This document shows positions 29,493 to 41,555 of a stretch of 64,000 nucleotides of DNA, piece by piece. The translations under genes and the position numbers were made by a program. The stretch spans positions 4,030,001 to 4,094,000 of the forward strand of contig OZ059898.1 of NCBI GenBank assembly GCA_964057225.1, given 5' to 3'. The notes under the pieces are model-generated. The model worked only from the letters and a program-made list of their open reading frames with translations. It was not told the origin of the DNA and ran no database searches. Positions within the stretch are counted from its first letter, which is position 1. Each line of letters begins with the position of its first letter. This stretch comes from Auanema rhodensis. Taxonomy: Eukaryota > Animalia > Nematoda.

Positions 29493-29971
29493 GGCGCTGG
29501 TATTGTTTCGCCCACCCCCCCCCTAATAATCAGAGAGTTAACATTAGAGCGCGCTTATAACATTTTGGGGACACACCAGCTCTGCATAAACTAGCGGGAG
29601 TGCTCTATCCCAGATCCGGGGGGTCTGGGGGGGTATCCCCCCCAGATAGAGAAAGCTTCAACAAAATTTAGAAGTATTAAACTCGCAGAAATGAGACTGT
29701 ATTTTCGAGTAAATAACGCATGATCTAAGATAACATTTTGGGCACGCACTAGCTTTGCATAAACCAGCGGGAGTGCTCTATCCCAAATCCGGGGGGTCTG
29801 GGGGGGTATCCCCCCCAGATAGAGAGAGCTTCAACAAAATTTAAAAGTATTAAAAGTATCAGAGAGAGCACTCCCACTCGCAGAGATGAGACTCTTTATT
29901 TTCAGGTAAAAAACGCATGCGCTCTAATGTTAACTCTTAGGGGGGGGGGTGGGCGAAACGATACCAGCCCC
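29493..29971. mobile_element. Non-autonomous DNA transposon (MITE), Merlin-like, 479 bp
   Basis: Imperfect TIRs of about 55-60 bp (29493-29552 and 29919-29971) with GG...CC ends; 8-bp direct repeat TAAATTTT on both sides (29485-29492, 29972-29979); two internal direct repeats (29557-29722, 29730-29919); no ORF. Confidence 0.85.
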
Positions 29972-31439
29972 TAAATTTTATATATATATATATATAAATG
30001 GCATATAACATTGTTAAAAAATAAATAAATAAAAGATAATTATGGTTCAATATACATATATGTGTGTGGAAATAATGAAGCATCTATAAGAGTATTGAAA
30101 TAATGAAAAGATGAAGATTATATGAATATTTTCATGAAAATCATATGTATAATAAAGTAAATATAAAATAAAATCAAAAAAAGAATATAACTTATCAATA
30201 GATTTGAATCAAGAAAATACAATTTCAAAAAGTTCCAGAGAAAGTTGGTAAAATACAAGTAAATCTATATGAAATAATTGAAAAATTTTTAATAATAACT
30301 ATATTATGCTGAAGAGAATAGTGCAAAAAAGAATGTAAAATTTAGTAAGAAACATAAGGTAGGAGGGATGACTGGGGCGAACCATTTGCTCCGAATTTGA
30401 AGAAAAAGGCAGAAGATATTATTGTGTGAACTCTAAAAGACTAGAGCGTGAGAAGAGAGATAGGGGGATGGAGCGTAGGTCAGACAGTACAAGAATATGA
30501 GAGAATAAGAGAAAGAGACTAAAAGAGATAGAGAATCACGTCGTCAGACTTATAGAAGGGGGTGAGGGGATAAAAAGGGTGCAAGAACAGCAATATAGCG
30601 GTCAGTCAAGGCCATACCAGACACCGTATCTGTAGAAGTTCTCAGAGGATTCCAAGGTAGTGGCAAACCTTTAGCTATAAAGAACGATGAACGAGGGAGG
30701 AGTGACTAGGTATAAAGATGGAATAAGAGAGATATACATCTATAGAAATATGTTTAGAGAGAAAAAAAGAAAAAGAGAGAATGATTCTAGAAAGTGATTG
30801 AGATATAATAAATGAAAGAGAATATACTTACTGTTTGTAACTGGTTTAAAGGCCACAAGACAATAACTATAATCGTTCATAATCGTCTCATTAATTTGAA
30901 GAAAATTAGACTGATTAACATTATTTGATGAAGCAAAATTCAATAATGAAAAAGTTTGACATTCTTTTAGTATATATATATATGGAATTATAATATTCTT
31001 ATTTCAATATAATATAATTAAATAATATTAAAACAAATAATACAACAACTATTACTAGAACTATGACAATTTTCATCATTTATTTTCATTTTAATTAGTT
31101 ATAAATCTAAATAACATCTTGTATATAATTAATGATATTTTATAACAAATTGAGATGAATTAAAAAATTAAAATATAAATTATATAATTCTTTGTCATGA
31201 TAATCATTTAAGTTTATCTTAATTTCTTTATAAAAATAAAAACCTTGATATGCTTGTAATAGCCATTAGATCGACTAATGACAAACAGCTAGAAACGAAT
31301 TTCAAAAAAGTTAAAGGACAACTTTGATTTTGTCCTTCAAAAACCAGCAATTCAATCATTTCTAAGTGTTCTTTTCAAAAAAGTTGAAAAATCATTTGTA
31401 ATAAGCGTTCAATGGATAAAAAGCTGAAAGTATGATTAG

Positions 31440-31478
<39 letters not shown>

Positions 31479-34400
31479 TAATACTGTAAGCATATAACAT
31501 ATGAGATCATTTGAACAAAATGTGGTAGCATGTAAGTAGCTTAAACCAAAATAATGGAATTAGTTTTAGGATCATTAGAAAGCTTAAATATAATATTTAT
31601 ATAGTGTTGAAACTCAGCTGATCGAAAGCCCAAAGGAATTGAACAAACTTCTTAAAAGGGTATGATGAACTTGCTTTGGGCTAAGAAATAAGTGTATAAA
31701 TGTGAGAGTGAAGAGGAGAGAGATAGTAGAAGAACATTCAATAAGTGAAAGAGAGAAAGCGTAAAGCAAAGAGAGATTGAGAGATCGAAAGAAATGCTTA
31801 GCCGTGTGGTAGGTCATCTGGTGCTACTGGTTATAGCTGAGCGATTGAAGACTGGAATCAGAATTAGCCGGAACAGAATGACTCAAATGAAGCAACATGA
31901 TGAGCAATAATCATCAAACTCATTCGTTGCTTTGGCGAAATCTTTTGAACATCCGCTAAATAGTTCATAAATGGCTTGAATGCGTTGAAATAGTCCTAAA
32001 ATTCAAATCACTACCGAACAATAGAGAAACGGATAGAGAACTTCTATAATTGTCATCAGAAAGATGTCATTATTCAGCTAGAGTTTTAGAAAAGCCAATC
32101 GGACAACTGAATAATGAAGGACCAAAAACTGAATCTCATCTTATGAACATCATCAACATTATAGTCATCACCCTTTTAGTATGATGTCTATTTTAGTATA
32201 CATGAAGCTTACTACTAGGTCATTATCTATCCATTGTTTTATCCATCATTCTTACACTCTTTTTACATAGTAAATTCTCTTTTCTTCTAAATACTATTAT
32301 CCTTTAAATCTGTGTGTCATACGAATAAGAAAAAGTGACTAAAGTGTTGAGAAAAGGAAGAAGAAACGAGTTATCGCTACACTGAGCAACAAATGTGATT
32401 GTCAAAAACAGACTGGAAATACTGAGTTGACCAATTTTACAAGAAAAGTTATTTACAAATGACAATTGGATAAAAATTGAGACAAATTTGTAACTGATCT
32501 ATAAAACAGAAGAAAATCATACTTTATAATATATAATTAAAACTTAAAATAATCAAATACTTAATAACTTTTCAATATAGAATAATATGTTCGGAGAAAA
32601 GGTTTGTAACTGTTAATAAGAAACTTTTTTATCTCTCAGTTACTGAGTAAATATTATACGTCGGATACTTAACCTTAAAAGAAACTGTTGGCAGCAGGAT
32701 ACTTTTGTAAATGAAAACATACATCTCATGCTGAGATAATATCTTATGATCATAGTAAATTGAAAATAATAATTTTTATATGATCGATATAGGTTTAGTC
32801 AATACCAAATAAAGAGGTAACAGTATATAATATAAATTATATCTTATTTGAATTATAAAAATAAATATAAATATAGTTAATGAAATTTATAAATAATCTA
32901 GTATTCAAATTTAAAGCAACTTCATACTATACTTAATGACTAAGTTAAAATGTTTCATTCCCTTCATGTGGCAAAGATACGTAATATCCTTTTTCTATCA
33001 AAGTGTTAACTAGTCCTCAAAGTGGCTTTTGCAGATGAATTGACGAACGATGAAGTTCAAGCTTGTCTATATAAAGAAGAAGAGGAAGAAGAAAGGAGGA
33101 TAAGAGGAGGAGAAGATGCATACATCAAATTTGTCAATTCTGTTAAAGCACGGACTAAGATTAAACACAAGAAGCCAGACAGAACATCTAAATTTTCAAC
33201 TGGACTTGTCGTTTCATCACTCTATGTCTACCACTGTTTTTTCTCCAGATGCTAGCCGACAAAATTGAATCAGGGCGTAAGGAAGAGTTTGGTAGTCAGC
33301 TTTGTTTGGTCAAAGTCTTACCCAACATTCACTTCTACGTTAAGTTACTTTGGATGGTCATGTATAAAAGTAAAACTTTCTAGAAAATAACATTTAGCTT
33401 GTAGTTAAACTAACTAATACATATAAGTACAGTTGTAAAAATATTTAACAAACAGAAGATTATGTACTTAACAAAACGAAATAACAGTTCAGTTATAAGA
33501 GTCCTCGAAACCACTTGTGCTACTTTATCATCATATTGATCTGTCAATTTTTTGTTAATCAACTGAATTATAAAATTTAATTATAAATTATGTTTAAATC
33601 TAGAAAACTAATTAATGTATTTGAGCACTTTATATGTTATAAATTCGGTTATTGAAAAAAGCAATAGCTTTGTTGTTTACATGTAGTTATGTTAATTTGA
33701 CATCTGGCCTTTCATCAGAATGATCCTTCTCACCCATCCCAGTGTCCATGCTCTTGCAGCAAAGTAGCACCATCAACTTTCTCTAATTCTCTTCTCATCT
33801 CTCTTTATATCTCTTCTATGTTTGATTCTCACACTCACATGCTCTTATTCATTGCTAATCTATGGGTTCCGTCTGCTTATTAGGACTCTCCTTCGAGCAA
33901 AGATGAAGAGTAGCTAATCAGTGACTATTAGCGTCTAAATTAGGCAATCCTAACTAGTTTTTCTATTAATACTGTAGTCATAGGCTAATAAAATATATTT
34001 TTTACATAAACGATAGTATATATATGTATATAGTATATATATATAATAATTAGATAAATTATCAGAACAATTAATAGAAATCAATATTACATTAAAATGA
34101 ATAATATTCTTTCAATTAATGTCAAAAAAAAAATGATGTCATCTTCTGTTTTATTTATCTACCGTATTCTCAACGGATCATCAAAAGTTTCAAAGAGTAC
34201 ATTCAATATATCAAAACAAATAAGCATTAGGCATGTTATCTCTTTGTTCCTTTCATGTTGTCTTCTGTAATCCTAATCGTTATGGAAAACATCACGTTGT
34301 TTCAGTCATCACAAGATTCTTTCTCTCATATCCAGGTCTAGTAAAGGCTAAGAACGACATATTTGGTTAACTTTCATAAGCATTTGCATATAAACAAAAA

Positions 34401-35820
34401 AATCTCAAGTAGATGTCCCAATGAGCCGTCAAGAGGGTCCTTCGCGCCCTTCGTAGATAACTAACTGGAAAGTTATAGTAATTTTGTATCTAAGAAAAGC
34501 CATAAAAAGCCTATTTCCTGATGAGACAAGATCTTCTCAACTATTACATCCACTAATACAATTTCTTCTTGTTCCACTTTTCTAAGCCACAAAATAAACT
34601 TGTTGAAACAATTTTTTAAACAGCACATCATATGAATTCTGAATAAGTATTTCCATCCATCAATGTATTTTAAATAATTTGATGATTTAATGCATACCTA
34701 TACGATTTCAAAGACAAAGATTTCTTATAAGATTAGAAACTCAATCAATTGATTCTATTTTCAAATTATACCCAACTTACAATAGGAGTTCGAAATAGTT
34801 TAAAAAAGTTTTTTTTCGTTTTTGGCAGCCGAACGTCTTTGATGATTATCGCCGCATAACGGCTATTATGTGCCGAAACTGCCATTGAATTGGGTCAAAA
34901 GAAAATAGAGAACAAATAAAACATTAAAGACATTATACTTCATGGATTATAAGTTTCAAAAACGTTAAAGAAAATCAGTAAAATATAAAAACAAAACAAA
35001 AAATATATATATATATATATATTCAAGAGTTAATAAGAGTAACAACATATAGAATGATGTGCATACATATATTTTCTGTGTCAAAAATATATATAATTAT
35101 ACTATAAAATACTTAACTAATAAAGAAACATAGTCAAATTATTATATTAGTGAAAGGGGCTAATATGATGAAAGGTATAACACAAAAAAAAGAAAGAGAG
35201 TTAATATAGTAACATGACAGATGGCATTAGTAAGCAACCTGTCTATCACAATAAAGATTAGGTATTCTATTATATAATTGTGAGTACAAACTGCATTTGA
35301 CTAAGAAAAAAATCAAATAATAGATATATACTATGATGAAAGAAATCACTACACCTCTTCTCAATCATCTTCATCACCCTATTACTATCTTCACCCCAAA
35401 GCTTTTTATGCATATTTACCTTGCTCACCACACACCCTATCTTACTCTGTAGAGTTGAATCAACTTTGTGAGCTTATTCATCCATATTCCCTAGTCCTAT
35501 CCCTTACTGTCTCACAATCTCTCACACAGAGAACTGTCTCTCATTTTCCCATAAAACGGAACTACTGGTCTATAGAAGCAGTTGAACCGTGAATTATATG
35601 GGAAATGAATACTTAGTTCTACAACTCCATAATTTTTCTTTTCGTATTCGAACAAACATTTCAAGCAAAACAGTTCAATTCCCTATTTTTAAAATGAAAA
35701 GGATTTTACAATTCTTTTATTGTAAGATTTGAATTATACAAAATGAAAATACATACATATATACACATGCAATATGAATTTGAAGAAATTGACGTTGATT
35801 ATGATATTCTTGACATGTAT

Positions 35821-36349
35821 TTAGGCTCTTGGACGGTTATACTAGAAATAAAAAAAATTTAAAAGACTCTTAAGACACATCTAAACTTACGTCAGTGAAT
35901 TGAACTCGCGAAAACTCATGATTCATCCTACGTTGAACATTTTCAATTTCTTCCATACAAATATTATAATCTTCTGTTTCCATAAGAACTTTCTTCTAAA
36001 AATAATTTATAAATATAGAAGTTTAAATGAAAAATACCTCTTCGTATCCATATTTAATGAGAACTCCTAATTCAGCAACAGTTCTAGATAATTGACATTT
36101 CTCATGTTTCAGTTTAGCTACAGTTTCTGGAGTGGTACCAGCAGCTGCCGAAATTCTATCATTCAACTAAAGAAAAACGATATGTTATATCTATGTATAT
36201 GACAATGAACAACTTACACTCATGATTTTTGAAATTGTGATTTGTTGCTCATATTCAAATCTTTGAATACCAGCTTGAGCACAACGTAAGTAATCAGATT
36301 TCCATTGATTCATCATTGGGCTAGCATGTTGATCAAAGTTGTTGTACAT
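35821..36349 (-). CDS. Uncharacterised 128-aa helical protein, palindrome left copy (family member P1)
   Basis: Mirror image of the 36859-37387 gene; four exons, GT-AG, all phase 0. Confidence 0.85.
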
Positions 36350-36858
36350 GATTAGAGTAATAAGAATAAAACTGTTGTTATAATTGAAATAACTAATGGT
36401 TAATGTTCTTGTATATCTTATATAGTATTATTTTAGTTGTTAATATTTCATATACCCTATAATATAACTCCAGGGTAAGCTTGTCATTCAAATTTCATGA
36501 ACATAGCGGCAAAATCTCAAAAGATCTTCTACTTTTTTTCGTATGCTCATTAACATCTGAACTAATAAATTAAACTATGATCAAGTTATTCAGGCTTTGT
36601 TTGGGACTGATAAATGTTCAAATTTATTTATTATAAAAAAGTTCAGAATTAAGTTTAATGAGCATACGAAAAAAAGTAGAAGATCTTTTGAGATTTTGCC
36701 GCTATGTTCATGAAATTTGAATGACAAGCTTACCCTGGAGTTATATTATAGGGTATATGAAATATTAACAACTAAAATAATACTATATAAGATATACAAG
36801 AACATTAACCATTAGTTATTTCAATTATAACAACAGTTTTATTCTTATTACTCTAATC

Positions 36859-37387
36859 ATGTACAACAACTTTGATCAACATGCTAGCCCAATGATGAAT
36901 CAATGGAAATCTGATTACTTACGTTGTGCTCAAGCTGGTATTCAAAGATTTGAATATGAGCAACAAATCACAATTTCAAAAATCATGAGTGTAAGTTGTT
37001 CATTGTCATATACATAGATATAACATATCGTTTTTCTTTAGTTGAATGATAGAATTTCGGCAGCTGCTGGTACCACTCCAGAAACTGTAGCTAAACTGAA
37101 ACATGAGAAATGTCAATTATCTAGAACTGTTGCTGAATTAGGAGTTCTCATTAAATATGGATACGAAGAGGTATTTTTCATTTAAACTTCTATATTTATA
37201 AATTATTTTTAGAAGAAAGTTCTTATGGAAACAGAAGATTATAATATTTGTATGGAAGAAATTGAAAATGTTCAACGTAGGATGAATCATGAGTTTTCGC
37301 GAGTTCAATTCACTGACGTAAGTTTAGATGTGTCTTAAGAGTCTTTTAAATTTTTTTTATTTCTAGTATAACCGTCCAAGAGCCTAA
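36859..37387 (+). CDS. Uncharacterised 128-aa helical protein, palindrome right copy (family member P2)
   Basis: Exons 36859-36990, 37042-37170, 37213-37317, 37367-37387 with GTAAGT/GTATTT donors. Protein MYNNFDQHASPMMNQWKSDYLRCAQAGIQRFEYEQQITISKIMS|LNDRISAAAGTTPETVAKLKHEKCQLSRTVAELGVLIKYGYEE|KKVLMETEDYNICMEEIENVQRRMNHEFSRVQFTD|YNRPRA. TATATAAG about 70 bp upstream, AATAAA near 37487; two paralogues in the window support the model. Confidence 0.88.
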
Positions 37388-37570
37388 ATACATGTCAAGA
37401 ATATCATAATCAACGTCAATTTCTTCAAATTCATATTGCATGTGTATATATGTATGTATTTTCATTTTGTATAATTCAAATCTTACAATAAAAGAATTGT
37501 AAAGAATATATGTATATGCTTGTTACAAAATATTGAATGGGCGAGTAAGGCAAAGTCGATTGTCAGTAGA

Positions 37571-38321
37571 TTAAGCCAGTTTCACTTTTTCGAGCATACC
37601 AGAGGCCAAAATCATGAATGGTTTCAACGCTCTGTTATAGATCAAGCAAGATCCACGGGTTTGCGGCAAATATCCAAAAACCAAGACGGCTGTACGAAGA
37701 ACAAAGTAAGCAGGGAATTCATGAAGAAGAGAGTCGAACAAGACGAAAACTCCAAACAACATGAAGTAGCTGAGAATACCAGTTTCAGCAGTACTATTGG
37801 TTTTGAACATCTAATAATAATAAAATTTGATCAAATTAAAATAGGTTTTCTTACTTGAACAGTTCTATACATAGGATAAGCAAGAGCCAGTACGTTACTA
37901 ACAAATTGAGCATAGTTACCGGCTAATAAATAAAGAACAAGTACACTCAAAATTCCGTAAACAGCCTTAATTAAGCATTTATAAATAATTTATAAAATTT
38001 CGATCAACTCACATGTTCTCGCTTCACGCCATTAGCTTCAATCTTGGCAATATTGGAATCGATTGCAGCTCCATGTGATTGTGCAATCCATTTCAACATA
38101 TCACTCTAAAAATAACAATTAAAGTAAAGTAAATATATAAATCTATGTTATACATGAGCTTGCTTGAGTCCTGGGACAATATTGCATTCTGAGGATGGTG
38201 TTGAAGGAGCTGAGACAGCAGACGATGTATTAGCAGTATGGAGTTGTTCCTTATTAGAAGAAACAGGAGTCTTAGATGAGCTTTTGGCTGTTGCGGTACT
38301 GACACCCTGAGAGTTAGACAT
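37571..38321 (-). CDS. Divergent REEP/DP1/Yop1 (TB2/DP1/HVA22) ER-shaping protein with an S/T-rich N-terminus
   Basis: Four exons; GVKREH..VYGILSVLVLYLLAG...SNVLALAYPMYRT, LSYFMLFGVFVLFD and LPQTRGSCLIYNRALKPF follow the REEP5/Yop1 pattern. Confidence 0.85.
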
Positions 38322-38635
38322 GTCGACTTTGGCCGGTAATCGAGATGAAGTGATGAAAATGATTTTGGAACTGCTTATATACGGAGAGATTCTGACTCAC
38401 GTTACGTACTCACGTAGCGCACGTAAGTGGATTGATTTTCAAATTCTTATTTAAAAGAGACAAAATTTAAATTGATATTTATACATATCAATTCAAATTA
38501 TTTTTTAAATTTCAAAATCAATATACATATGTATGATTCAAATTATTTATTATTATTTTGTACAGATGGGAAAACATAATTTTTTTAATACTATGTTTAA
38601 ATATAATATATTCACTGTTGTATTTCTTTATTCCG

Positions 38636-39362
38636 TCATTCAAAATCTGGATCATCAAATGGAACAGTTGGAGCGTTGAAATCTAAAGAAGGCTTTTTGC
38701 GACCTCCTTCCATAGCTGACTTGCGACCATTACTGTTTGCGAGAACAGTTTTAATTTCGGATTCCTTAAAAAATATTTTTATTTACAAATAAGTTATGTT
38801 TATTGTACATTTAAAGGTGGAGCTGTTTCAACGGATGCGCCACGTCTAGCTCTTGATGGCTGTGTGCTAGTTATTAAATTATTAGATAAAATAGTATTTG
38901 TAGTTAATGTTGTTGAAGCAGTTGTTGATGTTATGTCCTCTTTGCCCTAAATATAATTTCTTTTAATTAATAAAGATGTTGGTTTTATATGAACCTCATC
39001 TCTCAATTCACGAACTAAAGCCATGTATTCGATTGGTGAAATATATAAATCCTATAATTATTTTAAGGTTTTTATTTTGTTTCATTTTTGAACCTTGTTA
39101 TAATCAACTTTCTTAAAATTGCGTTTTAAAGTAGGAACATTAAGAGCTGGATCAAATCGTTTCAAATCTCCATAACTCAATTGTTCTTTTTTATTAGTTG
39201 TAGCCCATTTCTGAAATATTGAAATATCTTATATTATCTTTTGTACTATTTGAAGTTCAAAAAGAAAACATACACCATTCCAAGTAACTTCTGAGGAAAG
39301 AAAATAAATAGTACCCAGCGACAACCACAAATAAACAATACACCACAACCGCTATTACTCAT
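38636..39362 (-). CDS. Small EF-hand protein with a Thr-rich linker; N-terminus uncertain
   Basis: Five phase-0 exons; EF loop FKKVDYNK|DLYISPIEY spans a splice junction; ends PFDDPDFE then TGA. Confidence 0.7.
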
Positions 39363-39708
39363 TTATTAATTATAAATAAACTATTAAAAAATCAAAATAA
39401 ATTGTTTAGTCTGACGGTCCTCTGAGATTATTCTTTTCCCTTATAAACTTAAGGATATATATTGTTGTAGTAAAACATGAATAGCCGTGCAAACCGACAA
39501 GACCCCTAGGCATCACATATAAAACAAACAAACAAAAAAAAACAAACAAAACAAAACAAAAAAGCCAATATAGTAAAAAAAACAATGTTTAGAACTACGA
39601 ATGAAATCACTTGAAGCCGCTATTAAACTATAAACGGATCATAGAACCACTAACTATATTAATATTGTATTATATGAACCGTAATTAGAGAATTGATTTC
39701 TTAAATAA

Positions 39709-40419
39709 TTAACCACGTACAGAAAAACGTGCACCCATTGTTTTAACAGCTTTGCTTCGAAGTTCTAATAATAGTTCGGTCCATTCAGAGTTGCTTCGTT
39801 GTCCGTTTCCCTATGAAGAAAAATAAATAAAAATCTTAATTTTAAAAATACATGATGGCTTCTGGCAAAAATAAGATCAGCATCTTCAGCTGGAACTCCG
39901 AATTCATTTAAGGCCAAACGGCGAACTTCAGTCTGGTTAATGTTTCCATCGCTGTCGGCGTCGTATTTCTTAATAAGTTTAACATTTTATTTAAGAATGT
40001 TATCGATTTACGGTTTTAAATTCTTGGATTCGCTGTTTCATAGTATCTCGAAGAAGTTGTCGAACGACAGGACATTCACTACCGTCCAAATCACTATTCT
40101 TGTCTTGATCAGCAGTCAAAAAGATTCTCTCCAGCTCTATAAAAATATTAGCGACTGTTCTTGAAGAACAAAAACCTTTTCTATTCAAATCCAGTACTGC
40201 CAAAACAAATGGACTGAATTCTCTAAAAGAAATTGCGCCGTCTTCATTTTTATCGTTATCTACACAACATATTTGAAGCCACCCTTCCTCTTCTAGAGGC
40301 TCTAAAATGAAATTAAATAATAAATACAACTTAATCAGTTTATGGTTTCACTAACTGAGTCCTAGTGGTATCGCTGATCCCAAGCATACAAAAGTGGCCA
40401 AGCAAATTAAAAGTCGCAT
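39709..40419 (-). CDS. Secreted EF-hand calcium-binding protein
   Basis: Signal peptide MRLLICLATFVCLGSAIP; EF loops DKNEDGAISFRE, DQDKNSDLDGSE, DADSDGNINQTE; four exons; TAA at 39711-39709. Confidence 0.85.
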
Positions 40420-41555
40420 GATAGAGCTAAATTGAAAACAATAAGCTTACATTTCAAACTAAACACATCTATGATCAAGAATAAAAGATTTACGTAGACA
40501 TAACATAAGGTCTAAATGAACTAGGCCGAAATATGCAGCTTGGTTAAAAGTGACGACAGTATATGAAATGATTGAATTCATAGAAAAACAAAAATGGGAC
40601 ATGTTTACTGGGTCAACATAGTCAATTGGGACGACTTATCAATCATTTTACTCACTACATTTGCCTATATATTTTAGGAGGAATCGTGAGATATAACAAT
40701 AAGAAAACAACTACAACAATATAAAAACTTCCCTATAGGGTTGAGCAGAAAATACAATATAAAATAAGTTGGTTGTGACTATAAAGAGTTCCTACTTTAA
40801 CTTTTATGATATACTTTCAAATCATACATTAAAATTCAATTTTTTTAATTTACAAACTAATGATTATAATTAAAAATCAAATTATTATTTAAAGAAACGT
40901 TAACTGTTATATATATATGATTAGCAAAACAAGTCAATTCATATACTTTCAACGGCAAATTGATCACCAAGATCTTGCAAGTATTGTCAGAGTATTGAAC
41001 ATTGAGACAGAAAGTGTGAAACGTCAACCGGTTTGTCGATATTAATGATTACGACTAACGTTTCATGATATTAGTGATATGTTAAACTCATTACTTGACC
41101 AGAAAGAAACAATAGCATACATGAAGGAGCCTGCAGCAACAGTATCATCAGGTCTTAATAAAACGTTCGAGAAAAGCAATCATTTGAAATGAGAACAGAC
41201 TCTCAAGGTTGATGGTTCATACAAAGCATTGCTTCAGCCTTTTATATTCTTCTGTACGCTCAAAAACCATAGAAACTTTCTTAAAGCTTGATATTGTTTA
41301 ACATGACGTTCATCAAGTAGGAACAATAAACACGTGTGACGAATGATATACTCTGACAATGGAAATAAAGCACTAGAAAATCTAAAAAAAAAAAGATACT
41401 TTATGATTTACTCAACAAAGCATTAACCAACATTGTTGAATTAATAGGAAAAGAATTACGAAATGTAGAAATCAAAGAAAAAGTTAGTATCAAGAATTAC
41501 AATCGAATGAATAAGTTACAATAATACTAATTTAAGAAATTTTTATACATGCATT

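Larger units (their letters stand above)
35705..37503. repeat. Long palindrome: two 849-bp inverted arms (35705-36553, 36655-37503) with a 101-bp spacer
   Basis: Arms are reverse complements with the same coordinate sum (73208) at both ends, so no net indel; no mismatch found in the promoter, intron and UTR segments compared by eye. Confidence 0.97.

Noticed and set aside
29557-29919. Direct repeats as a possible CRISPR array or structured RNA gene
   Set aside because: Only two long units, no spacers, eukaryotic context, and enclosed by TIRs and a TSD; explained as MITE interior.
30000-35700. Long gene-free interval with short ORFs (e.g. 33022-33255)
   Set aside because: No coherent exon chain found; most simply cdh-1 upstream regulatory DNA.
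37520-37858. 112-aa plus-strand ORF (likewise 43121-43531, 25212-25460, 13701-13982)
   Set aside because: Antisense shadows of real exons on the other strand.
40925-41433. Exon-like fragments on the minus strand, one reading ...SFWSIVIINIDKPVDVSHFLSQCSIL-stop (CaaX-like end)
   Set aside because: I could not join them to a start codon in a consistent frame; may be a pseudogene or non-coding transcript, needs RNA-seq.
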